In this document: positions 18,013 to 27,025 of the stretch, piece after piece
How the letters are laid out: each line of letters opens with the position of its first letter
Numbering within the stretch: position 1 is the stretch's first letter
DNA from: Dehalococcoidales bacterium
GTDB taxonomy: Bacteria; Chloroflexota; Dehalococcoidia; Dehalococcoidales; RBG-16-60-22
NCBI GenBank assembly: GCA_050014095.1
Contig: JBEKDZ010000003.1
Span: 215,700 to 279,699 of the forward strand
Length of the DNA: 64,000 bases
Direction: 5' to 3'
Program-made: the position numbers and the translations under genes
The notes under the pieces: model-generated
What the model was told of the DNA's origin: nothing
Databases searched by the model: none
Seen by the model: only the letters and a program-made list of their open reading frames with translations

Positions 18013-19506
18013 ATGGAAATTAAAGCCGCCACCGGTGAGATTATCGGAGCTAAAACCGGCGCTATTATCATCAACCACTTCGAGGGTGCGAAGCAACCTG
18101 AAGGTGCTGCCGCCATCGTTGATAAAGCGTTAGGCGGCGCTATATCGAATCTTATGAAGCAGGGGGATATTAAAGGCAAGCTCAATGAGATAACCCTGTT
18201 GCATAGCCTGGGTAAACTGCCGGCGAGCCGCATCGCCGTTCTGGGACTGGGCAAGAAAAAGGAGCTAACGGTCAATAAAGTGCGTGGCGCCATTGGTGAG
18301 GTCTGCCGCTATCTACGGGGTAAAGGCGTCAGCAGTATCGCCAGCATCATCATCGGCGATGGAGTTAACGGGATAAAAACCGACGTCGCTGTTCAGGCAA
18401 TGACCGAGGGAGCTATACTTGGTCTTTATGCTTTCCGGCGCTACATCACCAAGCAAGAAAACGGCTTCGGTGAGATAAAAGAGTTCACGATAATCGGCAA
18501 GGAAAAGCAGCAGATGGAAAAAGCCATCGCCATCGGCAAAATTACCTCCGAGGCGGCTAACTACGCGCGGGACATGGTCAACGAGCCAGGCAATGTCATG
18601 ACGCCCACCAAAATGGCAGAAACCGCCCGCGATATTGCCAAAAAGTACGGGCTTAAGGTGGAGATTTTCGATAGAGATAAAATGAAGGAATTAGGGATGG
18701 GGGGCTTACTGGGGGTATCGCAAGGCAGCCAGCAGCCGCCTAAATTTATCGTCCTCAAATATAACGGCCGTAAATCCAGTGAAATCGATTTAGCATTAGT
18801 GGGTAAGGGCATCACCTTCGACTCCGGCGGCATCTCGATTAAACCGTCGGAGAACATGGCGGATATGAAAGATGACATGGCGGGTGGGGCTGCGGTACTG
18901 GCGACGCTAATGGCGCTGGCGCAGCTTAAACCCGCGATTAACGTGACGGCATTCGTCCCGGCGACGGAGAACCTGCCGAGCGGCACGGCGCTTAAACCGG
19001 GCGATATCATTACCATCATGAACGGCAAGACCATCGAGGTGCTTAATACCGACGCCGAGGGACGGCTGATTCTTGCCGACGCCTTAAGCTACGCCGTGAA
19101 AAGCGGGGCAAAAGCCATCATCGATGTGGCTACCCTGACCGGCGCCTGCCAGGTAGCGCTAGGAAAAATCACCACCGGGGCTTTTACCAACAACCAAGCG
19201 CTCGTGGATAAGGTAATCGCCGCCGGCAATGAGGTTGGCGAGCCTGCTTGGCAGCTACCAATGTTCGATGAATATAAAGAGTTTATCAAGAGCGATATCG
19301 CCGATATTAAAAACTCCGGCAACAGATACGGCAGCGCTATCACCACCGCTAAATTCCTCGAGGAGTTTGTGGATAAAACACCCTGGGTACATCTTGACCT
19401 TACTGGACCTGATAACGATAAAGAAAAAGGCTACCTGGTCAAAGGAGCAACCGGCGTGCCGGTGAGAACGCTGATAAGCTTTGTGATGGCACAGGCAAAG
19501 AAATAA
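18013..19506 (+). CDS. pepA: leucyl aminopeptidase (M17)
   Basis: VGKGITFDSGGISIKP and the NTDAEGRLILADAL signature. Confidence 0.9.
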   Translation: MEIKAATGEIIGAKTGAIIINHFEGAKQPEGAAAIVDKALGGAISNLMKQGDIKGKLNEITLLHSLGKLPASRIAVLGLGKKKELTVNKVRGAIGEVCRYLRGKGVSSIASIIIGDGVNGIKTDVAVQAMTEGAILGLYAFRRYITKQENGFGEIKEFTIIGKEKQQMEKAIAIGKITSEAANYARDMVNEPGNVMTPTKMAETARDIAKKYGLKVEIFDRDKMKELGMGGLLGVSQGSQQPPKFIVLKYNGRKSSEIDLALVGKGITFDSGGISIKPSENMADMKDDMAGGAAVLATLMALAQLKPAINVTAFVPATENLPSGTALKPGDIITIMNGKTIEVLNTDAEGRLILADALSYAVKSGAKAIIDVATLTGACQVALGKITTGAFTNNQALVDKVIAAGNEVGEPAWQLPMFDEYKEFIKSDIADIKNSGNRYGSAITTAKFLEEFVDKTPWVHLDLTGPDNDKEKGYLVKGATGVPVRTLISFVMAQAKK

Positions 19507-19525
19507 TAATCAAGGAGGGGGTAAA

Positions 19526-20167
19526 ATGAAGATTAAGTATTTAGCCCATTCCGCCTTTTTAATAACGTCGGAGAAAGGTACGAGAATCGTTACCGACCCC
19601 TATACCGCCTCGCCGGGAATGGGATACGGTGCGATAGCCGAAACGGCAGACATCGTTACCGTAAGCCACGAGCACGGTGACCATAATAACGTATCCGCTG
19701 TAAAAGGCAACCCGAAAATAGTTAAAACCAGCACCAATGTCAAAGATATTGTATTTATAGCCGTCCCCACCTCCCACGACGACCAAGGAGGCAGCCAGCG
19801 GGGTGAAAATACAATATTTTGTTTTGAGGTGGATGGTGTAAAAATGTGTCATGCCGGCGACCTCGGCCATGAGCTGACTGCCGAACAGGTAAAAGCCACC
19901 GGTAATGTTGACGTTTTAATGATTCCGGTGGGGGGCTTTTTTACGATAGACGCTAAAACCGCCGGGAAAGTCGTCGACCAGCTTAAACCTAAAGTGATTC
20001 TCCCCATGCACTATAAAATGGGTAAATCCAACTTCCCCATCGCCGGTGTGGAGGACTTCCTGAAGGGCAAGAGTAACGTGATTCGCTCGAATGATAGCGA
20101 GATAGAGCTCGAGGCAGGCAAGCTAACGAACACAGCAGAAATTGTTGTTTTAAAACCATCTCTATAA
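19526..20167 (+). CDS. MBL-fold metallo-hydrolase
   Basis: VSHEHGDH motif, 213 aa, UPF0173-like. Confidence 0.7.
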   Translation: MKIKYLAHSAFLITSEKGTRIVTDPYTASPGMGYGAIAETADIVTVSHEHGDHNNVSAVKGNPKIVKTSTNVKDIVFIAVPTSHDDQGGSQRGENTIFCFEVDGVKMCHAGDLGHELTAEQVKATGNVDVLMIPVGGFFTIDAKTAGKVVDQLKPKVILPMHYKMGKSNFPIAGVEDFLKGKSNVIRSNDSEIELEAGKLTNTAEIVVLKPSL

Positions 20168-20185
20168 GTTTGAGGAACAAATTAT

Positions 20186-20815
20186 ATGAATGACTATTGG
20201 GATAAAAGGTTCCGGGTTGAAGGTAAAATATGGGGCGATGTGCACAGCCGTACCGCCGAGTATGCTTTAGAGCTATTTAAAAAGAACGATGTTAAAAAGC
20301 TACTGGTGCCGGGGTCGGGCTATGGCAGGAACACCCGGCTGTTCTCGGCGTCAGGATTCAAGGTAACCGGCGTAGAAATCTCGGAAACAGCCTGTAAGAT
20401 GGCGCATAAATTCGACCCGGCTACCAGAATATTTAATGACTCCGTCCTGGATATGTCTTATCTTGGGACTAATTATGACGCTATCTATTGTTACAACGTG
20501 CTGCACCTGTTTCTGCAATATGACCGGCAGCTCTTTTTACAACAATGCATCAGCAGAATTAAAAAACAGGGGCTGATGTTTTTCACCGTCTTTTCAGAAA
20601 AAGAAGAGAGCTTCGGGAAAGGTAAAAAGGTCGAGAAAAACACCTTTGAAAGTAAACCAGGCCGGCCGGTGCATTACTTCGACGAGGAAGACCTGAAAGC
20701 CTATTTTAAGCGTATGGACATACTGGAAACAGGCACCATGGAAGACCCGGAAGACCACGGCGAGGGACCGCATACGCATTTGTTACGCTATATCTACGTT
20801 AGAAAAATCAAATGA
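20186..20815 (+). CDS. class I SAM-dependent methyltransferase
   Basis: LLVPGSGYGRN (motif I), 209 aa. Confidence 0.65.
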   Translation: MNDYWDKRFRVEGKIWGDVHSRTAEYALELFKKNDVKKLLVPGSGYGRNTRLFSASGFKVTGVEISETACKMAHKFDPATRIFNDSVLDMSYLGTNYDAIYCYNVLHLFLQYDRQLFLQQCISRIKKQGLMFFTVFSEKEESFGKGKKVEKNTFESKPGRPVHYFDEEDLKAYFKRMDILETGTMEDPEDHGEGPHTHLLRYIYVRKIK

Positions 20816-22104
20816 TCAACCCCAACGACGTCAACCTGATTATCTTCGATATGGACGGGACCATCGTCCCCTCCCTGCCGCCAGTATACGAGTCGATTAA
20901 AAGGGCTTTTAACAAGCTGGGCTGGCCAGTCAATTTCACTCCGGAGGAAATCAACCAGTTCTTCGGGGTAACGACGGCAGCCACCCAGGGCGGGCTGTAT
21001 GAATTCATTACCCCGCCGAACAGCCATCTTACCATACCGGAGGTCAGGGAAAAAGTGCGCGAAGAATATGAAGGAGTATTCCGCGACATGGCGCAGCCCT
21101 ACCCGGGGGTAAAGGAAACGCTCGCAGCTTTGAGAAAACGGGGCTATAAACTAGCCCAATATACTAACGCGTCGACCAAGTATCTTGGTGTTGTTATGTC
21201 AACTCTAGGCATGGAAGATTATTTCGACTATATTGAATGCATCCAGGATAATAACCTCACTAAACCCGAGCTGGTGAGGAAAATTAGAGAAAAGTTCGGT
21301 GGGTTAACCACCGCCATCGTCGGCGATAGAGTTCACGACATCGAAGCCGCCAGGGAGACCGGTTCCCTATCTATCGGCGCCCTGTATGGCTACGGCGATA
21401 ACGAACCGAAACAAGCTGACCTTGCGATAAACAAGTTCGACGACCTGCTCTCGATTTTCGATAAACGGCTGCCAATATTTGAGAAAATACTTAAAGAGAC
21501 CCGCGAGAAAAAGCCAAAAGATAAGGCTTTCGTTATCGGGGTAAATGGGATTGACGGGGCAGGGAAAACGCAATTTGCAGAGGCGCTGGAAGTATTTTTA
21601 AAAACGCAGGGCGAATTAACACAACTCATCCACCTCGATGATTTTCATAATCCAAAGGCAATCCGGTATGGCGGCAGCGACCAGGCTGATAACTATTATA
21701 ATAGAAGTTTCAATATAGGTCTGGTTATCGATAAATTACTATCGCCGATGCAAAAGAAGCAGCCGATATCCTTAAAACTCAAAACCCTCGATTTACAGAC
21801 AGATAAATATACCAACGAGCGCAAGTATGTCATCAAGCCAAACACCATTGTAATCTTCGAGGGGGTGTTCTTATTCCGGAAGGAACTTGCGCCTTATATC
21901 GACCTGAAAGTCTTCCTGCATATTTCTTTCGATGAAAGTAAAAGACGGGCTATGATAAGAGATTCAGAAGCAGACATAAAAAAGTACGATGAAAAGTACC
22001 TGCCGGCGCAGCGAAAATACTTAACGGAATATCCCCCTGCTAAAGTCGCCGATATCATCATCGATAACACCAATTGGGATTATCCAGTGATAAAGTCGGT
22101 CTAA
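20812..22104 (+). CDS. fusion protein: N-terminal HAD phosphatase plus C-terminal uridine-kinase/PRK-like P-loop kinase
   Basis: HAD motif I FDMDGTIV and motif IV VGDRVHDIEAA. Second half has the Walker A GVNGIDGAGKT and VIFEGVFLF. ATGA overlap with the upstream gene. Confidence 0.65.
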   Translation: MINPNDVNLIIFDMDGTIVPSLPPVYESIKRAFNKLGWPVNFTPEEINQFFGVTTAATQGGLYEFITPPNSHLTIPEVREKVREEYEGVFRDMAQPYPGVKETLAALRKRGYKLAQYTNASTKYLGVVMSTLGMEDYFDYIECIQDNNLTKPELVRKIREKFGGLTTAIVGDRVHDIEAARETGSLSIGALYGYGDNEPKQADLAINKFDDLLSIFDKRLPIFEKILKETREKKPKDKAFVIGVNGIDGAGKTQFAEALEVFLKTQGELTQLIHLDDFHNPKAIRYGGSDQADNYYNRSFNIGLVIDKLLSPMQKKQPISLKLKTLDLQTDKYTNERKYVIKPNTIVIFEGVFLFRKELAPYIDLKVFLHISFDESKRRAMIRDSEADIKKYDEKYLPAQRKYLTEYPPAKVADIIIDNTNWDYPVIKSV

Positions 22105-22238
22105 ATAGCTTAAGTATCCACATATATTATCATAAAAAAATTAGTATAATTTTTATATTATCCTCTAGTTAATGTTGACTTCTTATAGTATAATTATATA
22201 TAGGGGGTTAAGTGCGCGCTAGAAACTAGGCAGAAATT

Positions 22239-22853
22239 TTGGATATAAGCTGTATTATTCTGGCTGGTGGAAAAAGTACCCGCTTCGGACATGACAAGGT
22301 TTCAGAAAGAATCGGTAACACAAGCCTACTTGAACAGGTAATATCCCACGTAGACCCCATTTGTAAAGATATTATTATTGTTACAGCGAAAGGGAGAACT
22401 TTCGCCCAGTTGGCGAATCACCCAAAGATTAAAATAACGAATGACATTCTCCCGGGACGAGGCTCTTTGGGTGGCATATATACCGGACTAGTAAAATCAG
22501 AATCCTTTTATAACCTTGTTGTGGCTGCAGATATGCCTTTTTTAAACGAGCCTTTATTACGCTACATGATTGAGGTTGCTGATGGCTACGACTTTATACT
22601 ACCGCGAATCGACAATATGTATGAACCGCTGCATGCCATCTATTCCCGGAACTGTATCAGTCCCATTAAATCCGTATTAGAACAAGGTAAAAAGGTTATC
22701 ATCGAGCTTTTTAACTACGTCAAGGTGAGGTTCGTCGAGGCTAAGGAAATCGATAAGTACGACCCGAAGCATATAAGCTTTTTCAACATCAATACCAGAG
22801 CAGATATGAAGCGAGCAAAAGAGATAATTGGCGAAGGAGTAAAGGAATGCTAA
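22239..22853 (+). CDS. mobA: molybdenum cofactor guanylyltransferase
   Basis: ILAGGKSTRFG, AADMPF. TTG start. Confidence 0.8.
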   Translation: MDISCIILAGGKSTRFGHDKVSERIGNTSLLEQVISHVDPICKDIIIVTAKGRTFAQLANHPKIKITNDILPGRGSLGGIYTGLVKSESFYNLVVAADMPFLNEPLLRYMIEVADGYDFILPRIDNMYEPLHAIYSRNCISPIKSVLEQGKKVIIELFNYVKVRFVEAKEIDKYDPKHISFFNINTRADMKRAKEIIGEGVKEC

Positions 22854-24127
22854 GCGTTGAAGAGGCTCTCCAGAAGATATTAAGCGAGGTAAATGCACTC
22901 GAGGCAGAGTCCGTCCCTATCATGGAATCGCTGGGACAGGTTCTCGCCGAGGATATCATCTCCGATATCAATGTGCCGCCGCTGGACAATTCCGCCTTCG
23001 ACGGTTACGCCGTGCGTTCGGAGGATACCAAGGGGGCGAGTGAAAAAACGCCTAAAACCTTTAAGGTAATCGATACGGTCATTGCCGGCGACATTTCTAA
23101 GAAAGAAGTCGTGTTGGGCACAGCTATCCGTATTATGACCGGCGCGCCGATTCCGCCGGGGGCAGATAGCGTCGTGCAGTTCGAGGATACCGACGATCCC
23201 AAGAATAAAGACACCTCCTCTAACCAATCCCCCGGACAAGTGAACATTTTTGCCGAGACTAAAACAGACCAGAGCATCCGGCATGCCGGCGAAAATATTA
23301 CCCGAGGCAAGATAGTTTTAAAGAAAGGAACCGTTATCCGGCCGGCGGAAATAGGCTTGGTGGCATCAATGGGGCGCAGCCGGCTTGAGGTTATCCGGCG
23401 CCCGGTAGTGGCGGTGCTTTCCACCGGCAACGAACTGGTGGAAATCGATAAACCGCTGACCGAGGGCAAGATATACGATAGCAACATTTACAGCATTGCA
23501 GGTTTGGTCAAGCGTTATGGATGTGTCCCTAAAATCCTGGGAATAGCCCGCGATAATGAAAAGGACCTGGTAAAGAAACTACAACAGGCGCAGGACACGG
23601 ATATGCTGTTAACGACCGGTGGGGTTTCTATGGGCGATTACGACTTGGTAAAGGATATTCTAGCCAGAGACGGCAAGATGGTTTTTTGGAAAGTGCGGGT
23701 CAAGCCAGGGAAACCATTAGCCTTCGGGAAGATAAAAGGCAAAGATAAACAGGGCAAGGTCAAAAGCATACCCCACCTCGGGCTGCCCGGTAACGCCGCT
23801 AGCTGCATGGTTAGCTTCGAATTGTTCGTACGGCCGGCGCTGCTAAAGATGATGGGCAAAAGTAACCTGGTGAAACCCACCGTGGAAGCGATTATCGAAA
23901 ATACCGTGAAAAACGATGCTGGCAGGCGCATTTACGACCGGGCGATTATCCAGAAGCGCGACGGTCACTATTATGCCAGATTGACCGGCCCGCAAGGCTC
24001 GGGAATCCTTACGTCCATGAGTCTAGCGAACGGGCTGGTGCTTATCCCGGAAGAAGTAGAGCAGGTAAACAAAGGCGATACCGTCCAGGCGTTGATGCTG
24101 GACTGGAATGAAGAAGTAAATATTTAA
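22847..24127 (+). CDS. moeA: molybdopterin molybdenumtransferase
   Basis: PPLDNSAFDGYAV, TTGGVSMGDYD, VRVKPGKP. Confidence 0.9.
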   Translation: MLSVEEALQKILSEVNALEAESVPIMESLGQVLAEDIISDINVPPLDNSAFDGYAVRSEDTKGASEKTPKTFKVIDTVIAGDISKKEVVLGTAIRIMTGAPIPPGADSVVQFEDTDDPKNKDTSSNQSPGQVNIFAETKTDQSIRHAGENITRGKIVLKKGTVIRPAEIGLVASMGRSRLEVIRRPVVAVLSTGNELVEIDKPLTEGKIYDSNIYSIAGLVKRYGCVPKILGIARDNEKDLVKKLQQAQDTDMLLTTGGVSMGDYDLVKDILARDGKMVFWKVRVKPGKPLAFGKIKGKDKQGKVKSIPHLGLPGNAASCMVSFELFVRPALLKMMGKSNLVKPTVEAIIENTVKNDAGRRIYDRAIIQKRDGHYYARLTGPQGSGILTSMSLANGLVLIPEEVEQVNKGDTVQALMLDWNEEVNI

Positions 24128-24136
24128 TAGTAGCTA

Positions 24137-24787
24137 ATGAATATGCGGTCGATAATATCTTTCGTCGGCAAATCCAGTGCGGGTAAGACGACCCTGCTGG
24201 AAAAAATAATCGCCGAACTTAAAAAGCGGGGACATAAGGTGGCTATCGTCAAGCATTCGCACCATAAAGACGACCTGGATACCGCCGCCAAAGATACCTG
24301 GCGTTTTACCAAGGCAGGCAGCGAGCTTTCCGCCATCAATTCGCTGGACCACCTGGCGATTTACCGGCGTATGGATAGCTTCTTCGACCCGCAGGATATT
24401 GCTAATTACGTACTGTGGGACTTCGATATTATTTTGACCGAAGGCTTCAAGGGCAGCAGCTATCCCAAGATAGAAGTGCACCGTAGCGAACAGGGTGGTG
24501 AATTATTGACCGACCCCAAGTTTCTACTGGCGGTAGTCACCGATAAACCGCTGAAGGTGGATGTGCCGCAGTTTTCCCACGATGATATTGCCGGCATAGC
24601 CGATATCATAGAAAAGACGATGGCTAAACAAAACGGCGAAACGGAGCTGGAGCTGGTTATCAACGGCAAACATGAGACTATCAGCCCTTCTCTGAAAGAC
24701 CTATTGACCCGTACCTTCTCTGCCATGATACCGCAGAACAACGGCGAAATTAAAAACCTGCATATCTCCATGAGGAGGAAGCATTGA
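24137..24787 (+). CDS. mobB: molybdopterin-guanine dinucleotide biosynthesis adapter MobB with a ~50-aa C-terminal extension
   Basis: GKSSAGKTTLLEKII, VAIVKHSHH, ILTEGFK. Confidence 0.8.
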   Translation: MNMRSIISFVGKSSAGKTTLLEKIIAELKKRGHKVAIVKHSHHKDDLDTAAKDTWRFTKAGSELSAINSLDHLAIYRRMDSFFDPQDIANYVLWDFDIILTEGFKGSSYPKIEVHRSEQGGELLTDPKFLLAVVTDKPLKVDVPQFSHDDIAGIADIIEKTMAKQNGETELELVINGKHETISPSLKDLLTRTFSAMIPQNNGEIKNLHISMRRKH

Positions 24788-25515
24788 TTTTCGATACCTC
24801 GAATTTTGTATTTAAAGTACCATCGGTGGTAGCGAGGGCGCGGCGTGTCCTGATAAAGCCCAGTGCGTCTTACCCGTTGCCGTATCCGGTTACCACCAGC
24901 GCCGATATGCTGGCAGCCATCATCTCCAGCATCCGGAGAGTGAGCGATGCCGATATCATCCTGCTGGAAGGCACCCCGGATGGCATACCTACCCGACCGA
25001 TTTACCAGGCGCTGGGGTATAATTTCCCGCGGGTATTGACGCTGGATGTTAAGGACTGCATCTTTGTGGAAGTGGATAATCCCCTGCCTAAACCCTTCGC
25101 CGTGCCTACCTTCTGGGTGCCTAATGTGATATTATCCAGCGACTACCTGATTACAGTCGCGCCGCTAAAGACATACAACAGCTCGGGGAGCTTTACTATC
25201 CCCAACCTGCTTTCGCTCCTGCCGAGCAGCAAGTATAGCGGGGATACGCCGGGAGGGTGGGAAAATCTCTACGGCCTGGGCATCGATAAAGTGCTGGCTG
25301 ACCTCTATTTTACCCTCCCCTTCGACCTGGGAATTATCGAGGCGAAACAAAAATTCGCAGTCAAGGAAGACCCCAACGAAGGCGATATCGAAGATTATGA
25401 TAAGATATTTATCGGCGAGCCTTATGATACCGACCGTGAGGTTGCGGATACGCTGGGACTAAAAATCAACTATCTTGACCTGATAAAATCAGCCAAGGTT
25501 GAACTTCAAGCCTAA
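24784..25515 (+). CDS. DUF362-like protein
   Basis: RVLIKPSASYPLPYPVTTSADMLAAIISSIR resembles DUF362 N-termini. TTG start overlaps the mobB stop by 4 nt. Confidence 0.4.
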   Translation: MIFDTSNFVFKVPSVVARARRVLIKPSASYPLPYPVTTSADMLAAIISSIRRVSDADIILLEGTPDGIPTRPIYQALGYNFPRVLTLDVKDCIFVEVDNPLPKPFAVPTFWVPNVILSSDYLITVAPLKTYNSSGSFTIPNLLSLLPSSKYSGDTPGGWENLYGLGIDKVLADLYFTLPFDLGIIEAKQKFAVKEDPNEGDIEDYDKIFIGEPYDTDREVADTLGLKINYLDLIKSAKVELQA

Positions 25516-25529
25516 CCCTTACCGGACTT

Positions 25530-25814
25530 TTACCTGATACGAAAATTGGCAAAGCTGCCAGTATATTCCCCCCAGGTGGTGATGATATCCTTCACGCTGG
25601 CGGCCGGCGGACCGACCTTAAGATATTCCAACAATTTTTCCAGATTGGGCTTATCTCCCTCTGCCATGACCTCCACCAAATTGCCGGGACGGTTACGCAC
25701 GTAACCGGTCAGACTCAATTGTAAAGCCCGCTCTTCAACTGAAGTTCGGAAAAAGACACCCTGTACACGACCTTGAATGGTCGCATGAAACGACGCCTTT
25801 TCATCCATCAGCAT
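25530..25814 (-). CDS. acyP: acylphosphatase
   Basis: VQGVFFR and GYVRNRPGNLVEV motifs, 94 aa. Confidence 0.85.
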   Translation of the reverse strand: MLMDEKASFHATIQGRVQGVFFRTSVEERALQLSLTGYVRNRPGNLVEVMAEGDKPNLEKLLEYLKVGPPAASVKDIITTWGEYTGSFANFRIR

Positions 25815-25847
25815 TCACCCATAACTTCCGCTCTTATCACGGAAGAA

Positions 25848-25994
25848 CTATTCCTCATCCTCCTGCGGCTTTCTTTTCTTTCTAATGACTTCGACCTCTG
25901 CCGGCGGCGCCGTCATGGAAATAGGGGCTATTTTCTTGAGGTCTTTTTTAGTCTTCTTCTTTTCTCGATGAGAATAATCTCCTTGTCTGCCCAT
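25848..25994 (-). CDS. small basic protein (48 aa), hypothetical
   Basis: Below the track cutoff. ATG follows GAGGTGA. Sequence MGRQGDYSHREKKKTKKDLKKIAPISMTAPPAEVEVIRKKRKPQEDEE. Confidence 0.35.
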   Translation of the reverse strand: MGRQGDYSHREKKKTKKDLKKIAPISMTAPPAEVEVIRKKRKPQEDEE

Positions 25995-26051
25995 AATAAT
26001 CACCTCGCTAAGGTATTTTAGATATTCTCGATGCAGTTTACCAAATATAAT

Positions 26052-26753
26052 TTACTTCGTAAAGTCCATGTTAAGCGCTGCCAGCGTCAGATGGGCAGCT
26101 TCTGTTTCGGCGATTTTTTTACTCTTGCCAGTGCCTCTGCCCATTGACTTTCCATTTATGACTACCTCAACCATAAACACTTTATCATGGTCAGGACCTG
26201 TTTCCGAAACCAGGCGATATACCGGCGCCGACTGATACCTCGACTGCGTTAGCTCCTGGAGTTTCGATTTATATTCGATGTCAGCGCCCCGGCTGGTCAG
26301 CTTTTTCCACTCTTCAGCGAGAAGTCTGTTAACTACAGCCCCGGCGGTGTCGATACCCTGGTCGAGATATATCGCCGCGATAACAGCCTCCAGCGCTCCC
26401 GCCAGGTTAGGCGCTTTATTGCGTCCTCCGCTCGTTTCCTCCCCTTTGCCCATATATAAAAAGTCACCTAGTTTGATTTTGCCGGCGATATGAGATAGGG
26501 TATCGCGTCGCACCAGGGTCGCCCGGGCTTTGGTCATTTCACCTTCGGTTAAATCAGGGAAATCCTGATACAGTCTATCGGCGACGATAAAATCCAGGAC
26601 AGCATCACCGAGGAACTCCAGTCTTTCATTGTGGCTAATAGGACCGGCGGGGTTTTCGTTGATATAGGAGCTATGCACCAGCGCCTGCTCTAGCAACGCA
26701 GGTTGGCTAAAAGAGACCCCCAGGATTTTCTGCAGTTCAGCAATATCAGGCAC
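26052..26753 (-). CDS. rnc: ribonuclease III
   Basis: NERLEFLGDAVL catalytic signature plus a C-terminal dsRBD. Confidence 0.9.
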   Translation of the reverse strand: MPDIAELQKILGVSFSQPALLEQALVHSSYINENPAGPISHNERLEFLGDAVLDFIVADRLYQDFPDLTEGEMTKARATLVRRDTLSHIAGKIKLGDFLYMGKGEETSGGRNKAPNLAGALEAVIAAIYLDQGIDTAGAVVNRLLAEEWKKLTSRGADIEYKSKLQELTQSRYQSAPVYRLVSETGPDHDKVFMVEVVINGKSMGRGTGKSKKIAETEAAHLTLAALNMDFTK

Positions 26754-26859
26754 GTTCTAATCCCCTTTCTCGTAATAACAATAGACCGTTGGGAATAGAG
26801 TGTCAATAGGCACAGATTATTGTTTCCAGCCAATCTACGTGTTATAATTTACGTGTCGC

Positions 26860-26933
26860 TGGGGAGTCGTCTAGTGGTAGGACAGCAGACTCTGGATCTG
26901 TATGCGAAGGTTCGACTCCTTCCTCCCCAGCCA
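26860..26933 (+). tRNA. tRNA-Gln (anticodon CUG), encoded CCA
   Basis: Acceptor TGGGGAG/CTCCCCA with the U1-A72 pair typical of bacterial tRNA-Gln, anticodon loop CTCTGGA, T arm GAAGG-TTCGACT-CCTTC, discriminator G. Confidence 0.9.
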
Positions 26934-27025
26934 TTCAAGACGCTTCAGTTTACACGCTAATTCCACAAGGTTATAATATATAGCAGTGTATTCTTTTTAT
27001 TCCATGAGTAATTAAGGGATTATTT

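Noticed and set aside
22105-22238. Moco riboswitch upstream of mobA-moeA-mobB.
   Set aside because: The region is AT-rich and promoter-like, with no recognisable Moco-motif helices.
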